Shown in pieces: positions 48,207 to 56,668 of a DNA stretch of 64,000 nucleotides. A model generated the notes under the pieces. The model searched no databases and had not been told where the DNA came from. It worked only from the letters and a program-made list of their open reading frames with translations. Source of the stretch: Candidatus Giovannonibacteria bacterium (lineage in GTDB: Bacteria; Patescibacteriota; Minisyncoccia; JACPKW01; UBA11713). The stretch covers positions 130,237-194,236 of the forward strand of contig JACPKW010000004.1 of the NCBI GenBank assembly GCA_016186825.1. The letters run 5' to 3'. Position 1 is the first letter of the stretch, and each line of letters starts with the position of its first letter. The translations under genes and the position numbers were made by a program.

Positions 48207-48280
48207 ATAATATAATATTCTCTAATAAAAGCTTATTAGGGCTTTTTTGTTTTGTGACGTATTTGCGCTTTAAATTTTAA

Positions 48281-48467
48281 TATGCGTGGGTGGCGGAGTG
48301 GTCAATCGCATCCCGCTGTAGGCGGGACGACCTGCCATTTAGCTTAAAGAGAGTTAAAATTTATTGTTTATATATGCGTGGGTGGCGGAGTGGTCAATCG
48401 CATCCCGCTGTAGGCGGGACGACCTGCCATTTAGCTTAAAGAGAGTTAAAATTTATTGTTTATATAT
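48281..48467 (+). repeat. two tandem ~91-bp direct repeats, each beginning with the first ~27 nt of tRNA-Tyr (5'-fragment pseudo-tRNA), then a CCCGC-UGUAG-GCGGG hairpin
   Basis: Units at 48281-48371 and 48372-48463 are identical. GCGTGGGTGGCGGAGTGGTCAATCGCA is identical to the 5' end of the intact tRNA-Tyr at 48468. Confidence 0.75.
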
Positions 48468-48555
48468 GCGTGGGTGGCGGAGTGGTCAATCGCACGTGGC
48501 TGTAAACCACGCGCCCTGACGGGCTACGTAGGTTCGAATCCTACCCCACGCACCA
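48468..48555 (+). tRNA. tRNA-Tyr (anticodon GUA), long variable arm, CCA encoded
   Basis: Acceptor GCGUGGG/CCCACGC, anticodon arm CGUGG-CUGUAAA-CCACG, variable stem GCCC/GGGC, T-arm GUAGG-UUCGAAU-CCUAC, discriminator A, then CCA. Confidence 0.8.
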
Positions 48556-48594
48556 ATATCAAACTTTCCGATTTTTGCCCGACCGATTCGGCCG
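48554..48594 (+). repeat. 41-bp direct repeat, left copy, abutting the tRNA-Tyr 3' end
   Basis: CAATATCAAACTTTCCGATTTTTGCCCGACCGATTCGGCCG is identical to 51336-51376. Confidence 0.75.
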
Positions 48595-48811
48595 AGCGAG
48601 GCGAGGCGAACCTTTCAAACTTGAGAATTCCTTTCTGAGGCAGTATTCTTGAATTAGTCCGAACCCCGGTAGTAAAGCAAAGCTTACTACGGGGCACGTC
48701 GCATTTCTCCGCCTGCGACGGTGAGGAAGTCCCCCCAGCGAATCCGCCAGCTGGCGGACGGAAAGGCGGCGGCTTGTCCTGAGCGAAGTCGAAGGGAGCC
48801 GCACCGCTCAA

Positions 48812-48934
48812 AACCGCCAAACCTGCCTGCCGGCAGGCAGGGAACCCGTTAAAAACATCGGCTCGAATCATATTTTAATTTTGGGGGAAGAAAATTTTTA
48901 ATCATATAGTCGAAAATTATTAAATAATAAAGAA
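48812..48934 (+). promoter_or_regulatory. recurrent GC-rich upstream element, copy 1: CCGCCAAA + 20-nt perfect palindrome CCTGCCTGCCGGCAGGCAGG (48822-48841) + conserved AT-rich leader ending ...AAAATTTTTAATC
   Basis: The same ~100-bp module precedes the ORFs at 48935, 49747 and 50465. Confidence 0.6.
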
Positions 48935-49633
48935 ATGAACATGGACAATCAAAAAGGTTTTACAAATATAGTTTTGATAGCAGTAATCGTAATACTTGTA
49001 GGTACAGTTGGATATTTTGCTTTGACGAATAAACAGGGACCAGCTACACAACAGACGATAACAACACCTCCAGCCGGAATCCCAACTCCAACGCCGCAAG
49101 CATCTACTCCAACGCCAGCAGACGAAACTGCAAATTGGAAAACGCATCGAAATGAAGAATTTGGTTTTGAGTTTCATTATCCAAAAGAGTTCCCATTCGG
49201 TGCTGGCCAGAAAGTACCGGACACGCAGGGAGCATATAATTATATATTCAATATTTCTGGTCCACGCGGTGTGGGCGAAAGTATCGCAGATTTTAACGTT
49301 ACTCCTCAGGAAAAATTATATCCATTCGGCTTCAGTTTTAAAGGAGAACAACCTATAAGGAGTCTGAGCCAGCTAAAAATCAATATTCAACGATATGTTG
49401 AAGCGAAGAACAGTGTTGAACAAGTAAGGGAATCTGTGCAAATTACCGATTTTACTACTAGGGAGAACCTAAGTGGACTCAAGGCGGTTTATTACGGAAA
49501 TAGTCCACAGCAGCCCTCGGCCGTAACTTATTATTTCTATAAAGACCCATATATTTACTGGTTTAGGTCTTTTGGCTTAGAAGCAGACGGAAATGTTTCT
49601 AAAATAGCTTCAACTTTCAAATTCATAAAATAG
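48935..49633 (+). CDS. small secreted/membrane-anchored protein: N-terminal TM helix, Pro/Thr-rich linker, globular domain. Paralog of the window-start gene
   Basis: TANWKTHRNEEFGFEFHYP and the STFKFIK C-terminus are shared with 1..627. Confidence 0.65.
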   Translation: MNMDNQKGFTNIVLIAVIVILVGTVGYFALTNKQGPATQQTITTPPAGIPTPTPQASTPTPADETANWKTHRNEEFGFEFHYPKEFPFGAGQKVPDTQGAYNYIFNISGPRGVGESIADFNVTPQEKLYPFGFSFKGEQPIRSLSQLKINIQRYVEAKNSVEQVRESVQITDFTTRENLSGLKAVYYGNSPQQPSAVTYYFYKDPYIYWFRSFGLEADGNVSKIASTFKFIK

Positions 49634-49646
49634 AATTTTAAGGAAT

Positions 49647-49746
49647 TTGCCGCCAAACCTGCCTGCCGGTAGGCAGGGAACCCGGAAAAATAATCGGCTT
49701 GAACCATGTTTTAACTGAAAGAAGAAAAGAAAAATTTTTAATCAAT
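49647..49746 (+). promoter_or_regulatory. recurrent upstream element, copy 2 (palindrome imperfect: CCTGCCTGCCGGTAGGCAGG)
   Basis: Aligns with copies 1 and 3 over ~100 bp. The ATG follows TTTTTAATCAAT directly. Confidence 0.6.
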
Positions 49747-50355
49747 ATGAATAAAGGATTTTTAAATATCGTAATTCTAATCGGCATTGTTATAGTTGTT
49801 GCTCTTGCGGGCGTTTTCTTTTTGAGGCAAAAAACTGAAACGCCCTCAACGACTTTGCAGCAATCAACATCCCCAAATGGAACGGTACAAACAACACCAA
49901 ACAGTCCCTCTGGGGCAATCTCTGACTTATGTCTTTCGGAAAAAGATAAAATCATAGATTTAGTAAATACCTTTGAGAACGCTCAAGTGAAAAGAGATGC
50001 ACGAGGCGTTTTGGCATTGTTCACCTCCGCCGAACTGCCCGGCGATTCTTCTACTTACGTTCACCTTTCCGGAAGCGACACGGCGGGTCCGCGCCTCTAC
50101 AGTTCCGGGCAAACTAATTTTAACCAACCCGCCTTTAAAATCTTGGAGGACCCGAGCAAAAATGCTTCCGGCAGTTGCACTACCAAGGTTCAGGAACAGC
50201 GAAGTTATTATCCTGAAGGTGTGGGCGGAGATTTTGGTCCAGCCCAACCTTACACTGTTTACTTTGTTACAGTAAAACAAAATAATAGTTGGAAGATTGA
50301 TAATTATTTGTCTGATAATAGCAGTACGCATAAGTATAGTGGTTGGGGTTATTAG
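49747..50355 (+). CDS. small secreted/membrane-anchored protein (TM + Ser/Thr/Pro linker + globular domain). Start moved to the ATG directly after the conserved leader
   Basis: MNKGFLNIVILIGIVIVVALAG. Same architecture as 48935..49633. The ORF-table start 49699 lies inside the conserved upstream element. Confidence 0.6.
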   Translation: MNKGFLNIVILIGIVIVVALAGVFFLRQKTETPSTTLQQSTSPNGTVQTTPNSPSGAISDLCLSEKDKIIDLVNTFENAQVKRDARGVLALFTSAELPGDSSTYVHLSGSDTAGPRLYSSGQTNFNQPAFKILEDPSKNASGSCTTKVQEQRSYYPEGVGGDFGPAQPYTVYFVTVKQNNSWKIDNYLSDNSSTHKYSGWGY

Positions 50356-50366
50356 TTTTTAAGAAT

Positions 50367-50464
50367 TTGCCGCCAAACCTGTCTGCCGGTAGGCAGGGAA
50401 CCCGGAGAAAAACATCGGCTCGAACCATATTTTGAATTTTGGGAAAAGAAAAATTTTTAATCCT
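50367..50464 (+). promoter_or_regulatory. recurrent upstream element, copy 3 (CCTGTCTGCCGGTAGGCAGG)
   Basis: Aligns with copies 1 and 2. The ATG at 50465 follows TTTTTAATCCT. Confidence 0.6.
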
Positions 50465-51124
50465 ATGAATACTGAACAAGAAAAAACTATACAAAAAGTC
50501 GCCGATGAAGTAAGGCAAAAACTCGAAGGTGAAGGGTCTGGACATGATTGGTGGCACATCGTACGAGTTTGGAATATGGCCAAACACATCGGCAAAAGTG
50601 AAAGTGCCGATATTTTTTTAGTAGAACTTGCCGCACTTCTCCACGATATAGCGGACTGGAAATTTCACGACGGAGACGATACTGTCGGTCCAAAAATAGC
50701 TCAGCAAATTCTTGAAAAATATTCTGTGTCCGCTGAAGTCATTAATCAAGTTTGCGATATTATCATGAGCATGTCTTTTAAGGGTGCGGGCGTAAAAACT
50801 GAAATGAAAACACTTGAGGGTAAAGTTGTTCAAGATTCCGACCGGCTTGACGCAATCGGAGCCATTGGTGTCGCCCGCACATTTGCTTACGGCGGATTTA
50901 AGAATCGGCCTATGTTTGATCCGAGCAAAAAGTCGTCTATGCAACAGTCGAAAGAGGAATATTTTAAGAGCGAAAGCTCAACCATAAATCATTTTTATGA
51001 AAAACTTTTGCTCCTGAAAGATAGGATGAACACTAAAACCGCAAAAGAACTTGCCGAAGGTCGTCATCGGTTTATGGAAGAATATCTCGATAGATTTTTC
51101 CAAGAATGGGATGGAAAAATATGA
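50465..51124 (+). CDS. HD-domain phosphohydrolase
   Basis: H...HD...D: WWHIVRVWNMAKHIG, ALLHDIADWKF, DSDRLDAIGAIGVARTF. Confidence 0.7.
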   Translation: MNTEQEKTIQKVADEVRQKLEGEGSGHDWWHIVRVWNMAKHIGKSESADIFLVELAALLHDIADWKFHDGDDTVGPKIAQQILEKYSVSAEVINQVCDIIMSMSFKGAGVKTEMKTLEGKVVQDSDRLDAIGAIGVARTFAYGGFKNRPMFDPSKKSSMQQSKEEYFKSESSTINHFYEKLLLLKDRMNTKTAKELAEGRHRFMEEYLDRFFQEWDGKI

Positions 51125-51159
51125 TTCTGATTTTTTGTATTTATAATTCATAATTAGAA

Positions 51160-51192
51160 TGCCGCCAAACCTGCCTGCCGGCAGGCAGGGAA
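51160..51192 (+). repeat. recurrent element, truncated copy 4 with perfect palindrome, followed by GC-rich sequence related (partly inverted) to 48700-48790
   Basis: GCCGCCAAACCTGCCTGCCGGCAGGCAGGG. Downstream GCCGCCTTTCCG is the reverse complement of CGGAAAGGCGGC at ~48770. Confidence 0.55.
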
Positions 51193-51335
51193 AAACTTGT
51201 CACCGCTTTTAGCGGGATCCCGCCTTCTAAAATGTAAATATGTGGCGGGAAAATTGTCATCGATGCGGCTCCCCGCCTGCATTGAGGCTTCGGCGGGCAG
51301 GCGCCGCCTTTCCGAATTTTCGCGGGGGGATTTTT

Positions 51336-51376
51336 CAATATCAAACTTTCCGATTTTTGCCCGACCGATTCGGCCG
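51336..51376 (+). repeat. 41-bp direct repeat, right copy
   Basis: Identical to 48554-48594. Confidence 0.75.
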
Positions 51377-51528
51377 CGCTTTGCACTGCGAGGCATTGAC
51401 TTTTCCAATGCGGCGCTAATGCGCAGCTATAAAATTCTTTTATTTGTGCCTTTTAAAATTTATATGGAGCTGGTTTAATAAATAGGGCATAGTTCATAAG
51501 TTGAAGAGCTAAGATAGGGAGGTGCTCT

Positions 51529-51780
51529 ATGTTATATTGCTCCAACTGCTTGGTGGTTTCCTTGACGGAATTGGGTTCGTTAGGAAACGGTTTTGGTACT
51601 TTCGCGAGATGCGAGGATTGTGTGCAAATGATGAATCTCCGTTCAGCGAAAGAAGTTGCCTGCGAGAGGTGCAAGCGGCCATCAATGCCGGTTTTCGAGA
51701 TCCTGGGCAAGGAGCGGCTGTATAAGGCACATGTATTTCATAATATCAATGACCTCTCTAAATTTCCGGAACGAGCGTAG
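51529..51780 (+). CDS. possible small Cys-rich zinc-ribbon protein
   Basis: CSNC...CEDC...CERC pairs. Weak; sits at the edge of the GC-rich repeat area. Confidence 0.35.
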   Translation: MLYCSNCLVVSLTELGSLGNGFGTFARCEDCVQMMNLRSAKEVACERCKRPSMPVFEILGKERLYKAHVFHNINDLSKFPERA

Positions 51781-51825
51781 CGAATGCTACGCTTTGTTTT
51801 ATAATGAGAGCATAGGCTGATTTTA

Positions 51826-52848
51826 ATGAGCAATTATCTTTTTAGAGAGCTTAACGAAAATGAGGATTTCGACCCGGCTATTTTGGATCCGAGCGTTTAT
51901 TTTACGCAGGCGAAATTTTATGGAGACTGGCAGAAGGATTTTGGAAGAGAAGCGAAGCGCTACGTCATATATGAAGGTGGAACACATGTTGGGTATTTTC
52001 AGTTAGTTAAGTATCCACTTTTGCTTGGGAAGTCTTATTTATATTCTCCATACGGACCCGTGCTTGCAAATTTTTCGAAAGGTCTTCTCGCGGAACTTAA
52101 AAGTAAAATAATGAAAATTGCAAAAAAAGAAAATGCGGTCTTTGTGAGATTGGATTTCTCACCGCCTCCAGATGATAAAACTTTAGTTGAGAGTTTTTTT
52201 AAAAAAGCTAAGAAAGTCACTTATCATGCTGCTCACTTCCAGCCGCGGACCGACTGGGTCTTGCCTCTTGATAAAAACGAGGAAGCATTGCTCGCTGGGA
52301 TGCATAAAGCGACCCGCTACTCTATCAGATTTGCGGACAAAAACGGCATCGCATCAGAGATAATAACTCACGATTTTGAGAAATATTTTGACACCTTTTA
52401 TAATTTGATGGTTGAGACTTCGATAAGAGACGGTTTTTCGCTTCATCCTAAAAAGTATTATGAAAGTATTTTTAAAAATATTTCAAAAATTCCGAATTCT
52501 TACTTGGCCGCCGCGAAATATCAGGAGGAAGTTCTCGTTATCAATTTAATTATTGTGTATAACAAAAGTGCAAACTATATTTTTAGCGGTTCTGCCAATA
52601 AATACCGAAATTTATCTCCTTCCTATTCGGCGCTCTGGGCTGCGATCCGCCATGCTAAAAAAATAGGCTGCGAAAATTTCAATTTAGGCGGAATTTCTTT
52701 GGGAGAAACGTACAAAGGCTGGGAAAATTTGTCCAAATTTAAACAAAGATTTGGAGGCCGTCAGATTAATCATTCTGATTTTTATGATGTTGTTAACATG
52801 CCTTTTTGGTATCAGCTCTATAATTTGCGAAGAGTGATGAAGGTATAA
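51826..52848 (+). CDS. FemAB-family peptidoglycan interpeptide-bridge aminoacyltransferase
   Basis: 340 aa with a duplicated GNAT-like fold. YLYSPYGP and FYNLMVETSIRDGF regions are typical of FemX/FemAB. Confidence 0.75.
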   Translation: MSNYLFRELNENEDFDPAILDPSVYFTQAKFYGDWQKDFGREAKRYVIYEGGTHVGYFQLVKYPLLLGKSYLYSPYGPVLANFSKGLLAELKSKIMKIAKKENAVFVRLDFSPPPDDKTLVESFFKKAKKVTYHAAHFQPRTDWVLPLDKNEEALLAGMHKATRYSIRFADKNGIASEIITHDFEKYFDTFYNLMVETSIRDGFSLHPKKYYESIFKNISKIPNSYLAAAKYQEEVLVINLIIVYNKSANYIFSGSANKYRNLSPSYSALWAAIRHAKKIGCENFNLGGISLGETYKGWENLSKFKQRFGGRQINHSDFYDVVNMPFWYQLYNLRRVMKV

Positions 52849-52900
52849 ATAAAGAATTTGGCTAAACTCAAAAAAACTGATAGCCTTTTTTAGGCTGTAA

Positions 52901-52974
52901 GCCTGGGTAGCTCAGGTAGATAGAGCATACGCATGGTAAGCGTAAGGTCGGCGGTGCAAGTCCGCCCCCAGGCT
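52901..52974 (+). tRNA. tRNA-Thr (anticodon GGU)
   Basis: Acceptor GCCUGGG/CCCAGGC, anticodon arm UACGC-AUGGUAA-GCGUA, T-arm GGCGG-UGCAAGU-CCGCC. Confidence 0.8.
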
Positions 52975-53026
52975 CAAGTGTAAAACTTTTCTTGATTCGG
53001 GTTTTTGGTAGAATATAATTAAGTCA

Positions 53027-53293
53027 ATGGCGATAAAAAAAATCTTAGTAAACAGAGATCTATGTATAGGCGCGGCGAGCTGCGTTGTTTCTGCTGGGAG
53101 CGTTTTTGAACTCGACTCAGAAAATAAAGGAGTGTTAAAACAGCATGGCGGCGTAAAAAATTCAGGACCAGCGAAAAAAATGCAACTCGAAAATTCTGCA
53201 ATTTCCGATGAAGATCTCATGCTCGCCGCCCAATCTTGCCCCACGAAGGCAATTTTTTTATACAATGAGGCGGATAAACAGATATATCCTTGA
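53027..53293 (+). CDS. small single-cluster ferredoxin (paralog of 41955..42218)
   Basis: NRDLCIGAASCV...AAQSCPTKAIFLY...KQIYP, nearly identical ends to the first copy. Confidence 0.7.
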   Translation: MAIKKILVNRDLCIGAASCVVSAGSVFELDSENKGVLKQHGGVKNSGPAKKMQLENSAISDEDLMLAAQSCPTKAIFLYNEADKQIYP

Positions 53294-54528
53294 AAATGAA
53301 ATCTGTCCGCTACTTGATCATCGGAGGGGGGATTGCCGGAACAACTGCGGCGGAAACAATTCGCTTGCGGGATAAAGAAGGATCAATTTCTATCATTTCG
53401 GACGAACCTGCTCGGCTTTATTCGCGGATTATGCTTTCGAAGCCAAATTTTTTTTTGGAGAAGATTTCTTTTGACCAAATTTGGCTAAAAACCGATTCTT
53501 GGTATCAGGAAAAAAATATTGAACTTCTTCTGGGCAAGCGAGCAGTCTCGCTCAATCCGGCTTTAAAAAAAATTGTGCTCGATGGCGGCACTGAAATTAT
53601 TTATGAGAAGCTCCTGCTTGCATATGGGGGAGAAACAAGAAAGTGGGAGCTCAAAATTCCTGTAAGCGGCGTTCATTATTTAAGATCTCTTGCGGACGCG
53701 AAGGAAATTATTGATGCAGTTAAGATGGCGAAGAAAGCAGTTGTAGTCGGCGGAGGTTTTGTAAGTTTCGAAATGTGCGAAATGCTTCGCCTTGCCGGGC
53801 TTGAAGTTTCGCTTGTGATGAGAGAAAAGCATTTTTGGTCAAACCTTCTGGACGAAGCTTCCGGCGCGATGATTGAGAAGGCTCTGGAAACGCGTGGCGT
53901 AAAAATTTATCGCGAATCGGAAGTGGGGCGCGTTTTATGGGATGAAACAGTCGAAGAGGCGATATTAAAAAACGGCGAATCCATCCCATGCGATTTAATC
54001 ATTGTCGGGATTGGGCTTAATTTTAAACTTGATTGGATTAAAAACGCGGGGATTGAAACTGGCCGCGGAATTTTAGCAAACGAATATCTCGAAACGAATC
54101 TCCCCGATATTTGGACCGCAGGTGATATTGCAGAATTTAAGGACTTAATTTTGGGTGAGCGGGTTCAGCTCGGAAATTGGGTAAACGCGCAAATGCAGGG
54201 CAGACGCGCGGCTTTGAATATGACAGGAGAGCATGTGCCGTTTAAAATGGTCTCTTTCTATACGACCACCGCTTTTGGCATAAACGTCGCTTTCATTGGT
54301 GATGTAAGGCCGCTTGAAGGCCGCCAAATAATAACGCGGGGAAATCCTGAAAATGGCTGGTATTCGAGAATAATTTTAAAAGACGATGAAATCATCGGGG
54401 CTACTTTGATAAATCGAACAGCTGAACTTGCTCCCATTTCAAAGTTAATTGAAAATGACATAAATATTTCAGGGCATGAAACCGATCTCGCAAATCCCGC
54501 TTTTGAACTTAAAACTTTAGTTTCTTAA
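53290..54528 (+). CDS. FAD-dependent pyridine nucleotide-disulfide oxidoreductase (ferredoxin/rubredoxin-NAD(P)+ reductase-like)
   Basis: YLIIGGGIAGTTAAE and AVVVGGGFVSFEMCEML dinucleotide-binding motifs, plus TAGDIAEF. Confidence 0.75.
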   Translation: MKMKSVRYLIIGGGIAGTTAAETIRLRDKEGSISIISDEPARLYSRIMLSKPNFFLEKISFDQIWLKTDSWYQEKNIELLLGKRAVSLNPALKKIVLDGGTEIIYEKLLLAYGGETRKWELKIPVSGVHYLRSLADAKEIIDAVKMAKKAVVVGGGFVSFEMCEMLRLAGLEVSLVMREKHFWSNLLDEASGAMIEKALETRGVKIYRESEVGRVLWDETVEEAILKNGESIPCDLIIVGIGLNFKLDWIKNAGIETGRGILANEYLETNLPDIWTAGDIAEFKDLILGERVQLGNWVNAQMQGRRAALNMTGEHVPFKMVSFYTTTAFGINVAFIGDVRPLEGRQIITRGNPENGWYSRIILKDDEIIGATLINRTAELAPISKLIENDINISGHETDLANPAFELKTLVS

Positions 54529-54530
54529 TT

Positions 54531-55031
54531 ATGGCTGAAAACGATTTAGAAAAACCAAAAATAAAGGTTGGGTGGTTTTCTTTTTCATGTTGCGAAGACA
54601 ACACAGTGGTTTTCACGGAGTTGATGAACGATCACTGGCGAGATTGGAAAAAACTTTTCGATTTCAGGCATGCCCGAGTTTTGAAAAGCCAGAATATTCT
54701 TGATGAGCTGGATGTCGCATTTATCGAAGGCGCAATCGCTTCCGACCAACAAGCGGAGAGATTGCGCCAAATCCGCGAAAAATCCAAAAAACTTGTTGCG
54801 GTTGGCGCCTGCGCTGTTGTGGGCATGCCTGCTGGGCAGCGAAATTATTTCAGTGAAGGGCAAAAAAGGGAAATCGAATTTTTGACGGCGCGTTTTGCGG
54901 CTTTGCCGAAAGTTCTGAAGGTTTTCGAGGTTGTTAAGGTTGATGCTGAAGTTGGAGGATGCCCCATGGATGGCAATAAATTTTTGGAAGCAGTTAATGG
55001 TCTTGTTAGTGAGCTGCAAAATATAAAATAA
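54531..55031 (+). CDS. [NiFe]-hydrogenase small subunit, NuoB-like (single proximal 4Fe-4S cluster)
   Basis: SFSCCEDN (adjacent CC as in NuoB / group-4 small subunits), VGACAVVG, and GGCPMD (GCPP-like). Confidence 0.65.
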   Translation: MAENDLEKPKIKVGWFSFSCCEDNTVVFTELMNDHWRDWKKLFDFRHARVLKSQNILDELDVAFIEGAIASDQQAERLRQIREKSKKLVAVGACAVVGMPAGQRNYFSEGQKREIEFLTARFAALPKVLKVFEVVKVDAEVGGCPMDGNKFLEAVNGLVSELQNIK

Positions 55032-56323
55032 TGCACAATAATTTTGATTTAACTTTGGATCGTTTGACCAAAGTAGAAGGATCTGCTTCGCTTGAAATTC
55101 GTGTGCGAGAAAATAGAGTTGAGCACGTGCATTTTAAAATTACAGAATTCAAGCGATTTTTTACAAAAGCGATGGAGGGGAAGCCCGTCATCGCGCTTCC
55201 TCAACTTTTGTCGAGGATTTGCGGGACATGCTCTAATGCGCATATTCTTGCTTCTATTGAGGCGTGCGAGAATGCTTTAGGCATTAAGCCTTCGGAGCAG
55301 ACGATGGCGCTGCGCGCGCTCACAATGTATGGACTCAACATCCGTGACCACGCTTTGCATCTTTATCTTTTTGCGATGCCGGATATTTTTGGGAAAGACG
55401 CTTTTCTTGATTTTGATGAAAACGATCCTATTGAAGGCGAGCTTTTGAATGACGCTTTTGAAATTAAAGCCGCGGGGAATTTTCTTTCTACGCTTGTGGC
55501 TGGGCGGTCTGTCCACGCGCTCTATCCGAATATCGGGGGTTTTAATCAGATCCCAGGCGCTCCTGAAATTAAAATTGCAATCGAAAAACTGGAAGCGATT
55601 CGGCCCGCGGTAATCAGGCTTGTAAAAGTATTTGAAAATTCCCCGTTTCATTTTGATCGTAATACAAATTTTATGGCGCTTGTCCCAAAAGACCGTTATG
55701 GTTTTATTGACGGTGATATTTTAACATCAAAAGGGGAGCGAGTTCCTGAAAAAAACTTCCGCGAGCATCTTGAGCGCGTAGTTCTGCCGTATTCCCAGGC
55801 TTCGGCTTATAAACACGAAGGCGAAGCATATATGGTTGGCGCGCTCTCGAGAATGAATCTCGCGAAAGATCTTTTGCATCCGCGAACAAAAGAAACGCTC
55901 GCAACCACTTTGAATTTATTCCCGTCGACCGACGTCTTTTATACAAATATTGCGCAGACCGTTGAGATTTTGCATTCTATTGATGATGCGATTGAAATTT
56001 TGCAAAATCGAAAATTTGAGCCGGAAGCTTTGCAGAAAGGAACAAACAGGGAAGCAGTTGGCGTTGGCGTTGTTGAGGCTCCGCGAGGAACCTTATATCA
56101 CATGGTGAAATTAAAGAAGGATGGGACTGTTGAATCGGGGGAGGTTATTGTTCCCACGGGCCAAAATCAGGTGAACATTGAAGAAGATGTCGCGCGTCTG
56201 GTGGAAGATTTAATTCCCGAATCTTCAAAGGAAGAAATAGTTTTTGAAATTGAGAAATTAATCCGCGCCTACGATCCCTGCATGAGCTGCGCCGCGCATT
56301 TTCTCAAAGTGGATTGGAAGTAA
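55031..56323 (+). CDS. [NiFe]-hydrogenase large subunit
   Basis: L1 motif RICGTCSNAH near the N-terminus and L2 motif DPCMSCAAH seven residues from the C-terminus. Confidence 0.75.
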   Translation: MHNNFDLTLDRLTKVEGSASLEIRVRENRVEHVHFKITEFKRFFTKAMEGKPVIALPQLLSRICGTCSNAHILASIEACENALGIKPSEQTMALRALTMYGLNIRDHALHLYLFAMPDIFGKDAFLDFDENDPIEGELLNDAFEIKAAGNFLSTLVAGRSVHALYPNIGGFNQIPGAPEIKIAIEKLEAIRPAVIRLVKVFENSPFHFDRNTNFMALVPKDRYGFIDGDILTSKGERVPEKNFREHLERVVLPYSQASAYKHEGEAYMVGALSRMNLAKDLLHPRTKETLATTLNLFPSTDVFYTNIAQTVEILHSIDDAIEILQNRKFEPEALQKGTNREAVGVGVVEAPRGTLYHMVKLKKDGTVESGEVIVPTGQNQVNIEEDVARLVEDLIPESSKEEIVFEIEKLIRAYDPCMSCAAHFLKVDWK

Positions 56324-56668
56324 GCTCGCTCGCATTGGATCAAAGTTTGGCGGAATGGCGATGACAGTGATTTTTTTTAATTTTCCGATTTTTTGGAGAT
56401 GGCGCAGATTTGAATAAGCGTCAAAGTCATGCATAGTCAGGCGGGGAGGGGGCCTGAAATTTTTTAGATCGTAAAACATTTGCGGCTTTGAAATATCCTC
56501 GACAGTATCAATAATTGTTATTTCTGCTGGGATTTCCCATTCTTCGTTCGGATCGAGAACTTCAAACTCAATTTCAGGAAATATTTTTTGAAGTTCGGGC
56601 AGAATTCGAATAGGAAGTGAATCCATTTCGAGATCGGGATTTCCGAAAACAAAAATTTGCTTTTTCAT
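56258..56668 (-). CDS. hydrogenase maturation endopeptidase (HycI/HybD-like). Start moved to the internal Met that overlaps the upstream gene stop
   Basis: MKKQIFVFGNPDLEMDSLPIRIL...IIDTV is the GNxxxxDD-type maturation protease pattern. ATGA overlap with 56665..57396. Confidence 0.6.
   Translation of the reverse strand: MKKQIFVFGNPDLEMDSLPIRILPELQKIFPEIEFEVLDPNEEWEIPAEITIIDTVEDISKPQMFYDLKNFRPPPRLTMHDFDAYSNLRHLQKIGKLKKITVIAIPPNFDPMRASLLPIHFEKMRGAAHAGIVGAD

Noticed and set aside
48281-48467. Tandem repeats that might be a CRISPR array
   Set aside because: The units are 91-92 bp with no repeat-spacer alternation. They contain a tRNA-Tyr 5' fragment and are identical over their full length. 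No cas genes are nearby.
48524-48871. ORF-track CDS calls 48456..48638(+), 48524..48871(-), 48559..48804(-), 51141..51386(-), 51154..51408(-), 51197..51478(+) and 51522..51780
   Set aside because: They lie entirely on the GC-rich palindromic repeats. They overlap each other on both strands and have Arg/Pro/Gly-rich translations typical of GC-rich non-coding DNA.
48556-48930. GC-rich structured region after tRNA-Tyr as a candidate RNase P RNA, SRP RNA or tmRNA
   Set aside because: Parts of it recur three or four times in the window (48812, 49647, 50367, 51160), partly in inverted order. The P4 (GGAAAGUCCGGGCUCC) and SRP domain-IV (GGAAGCAGCC) signatures are absent. A multi-copy repeat fits better than a single-copy housekeeping RNA.
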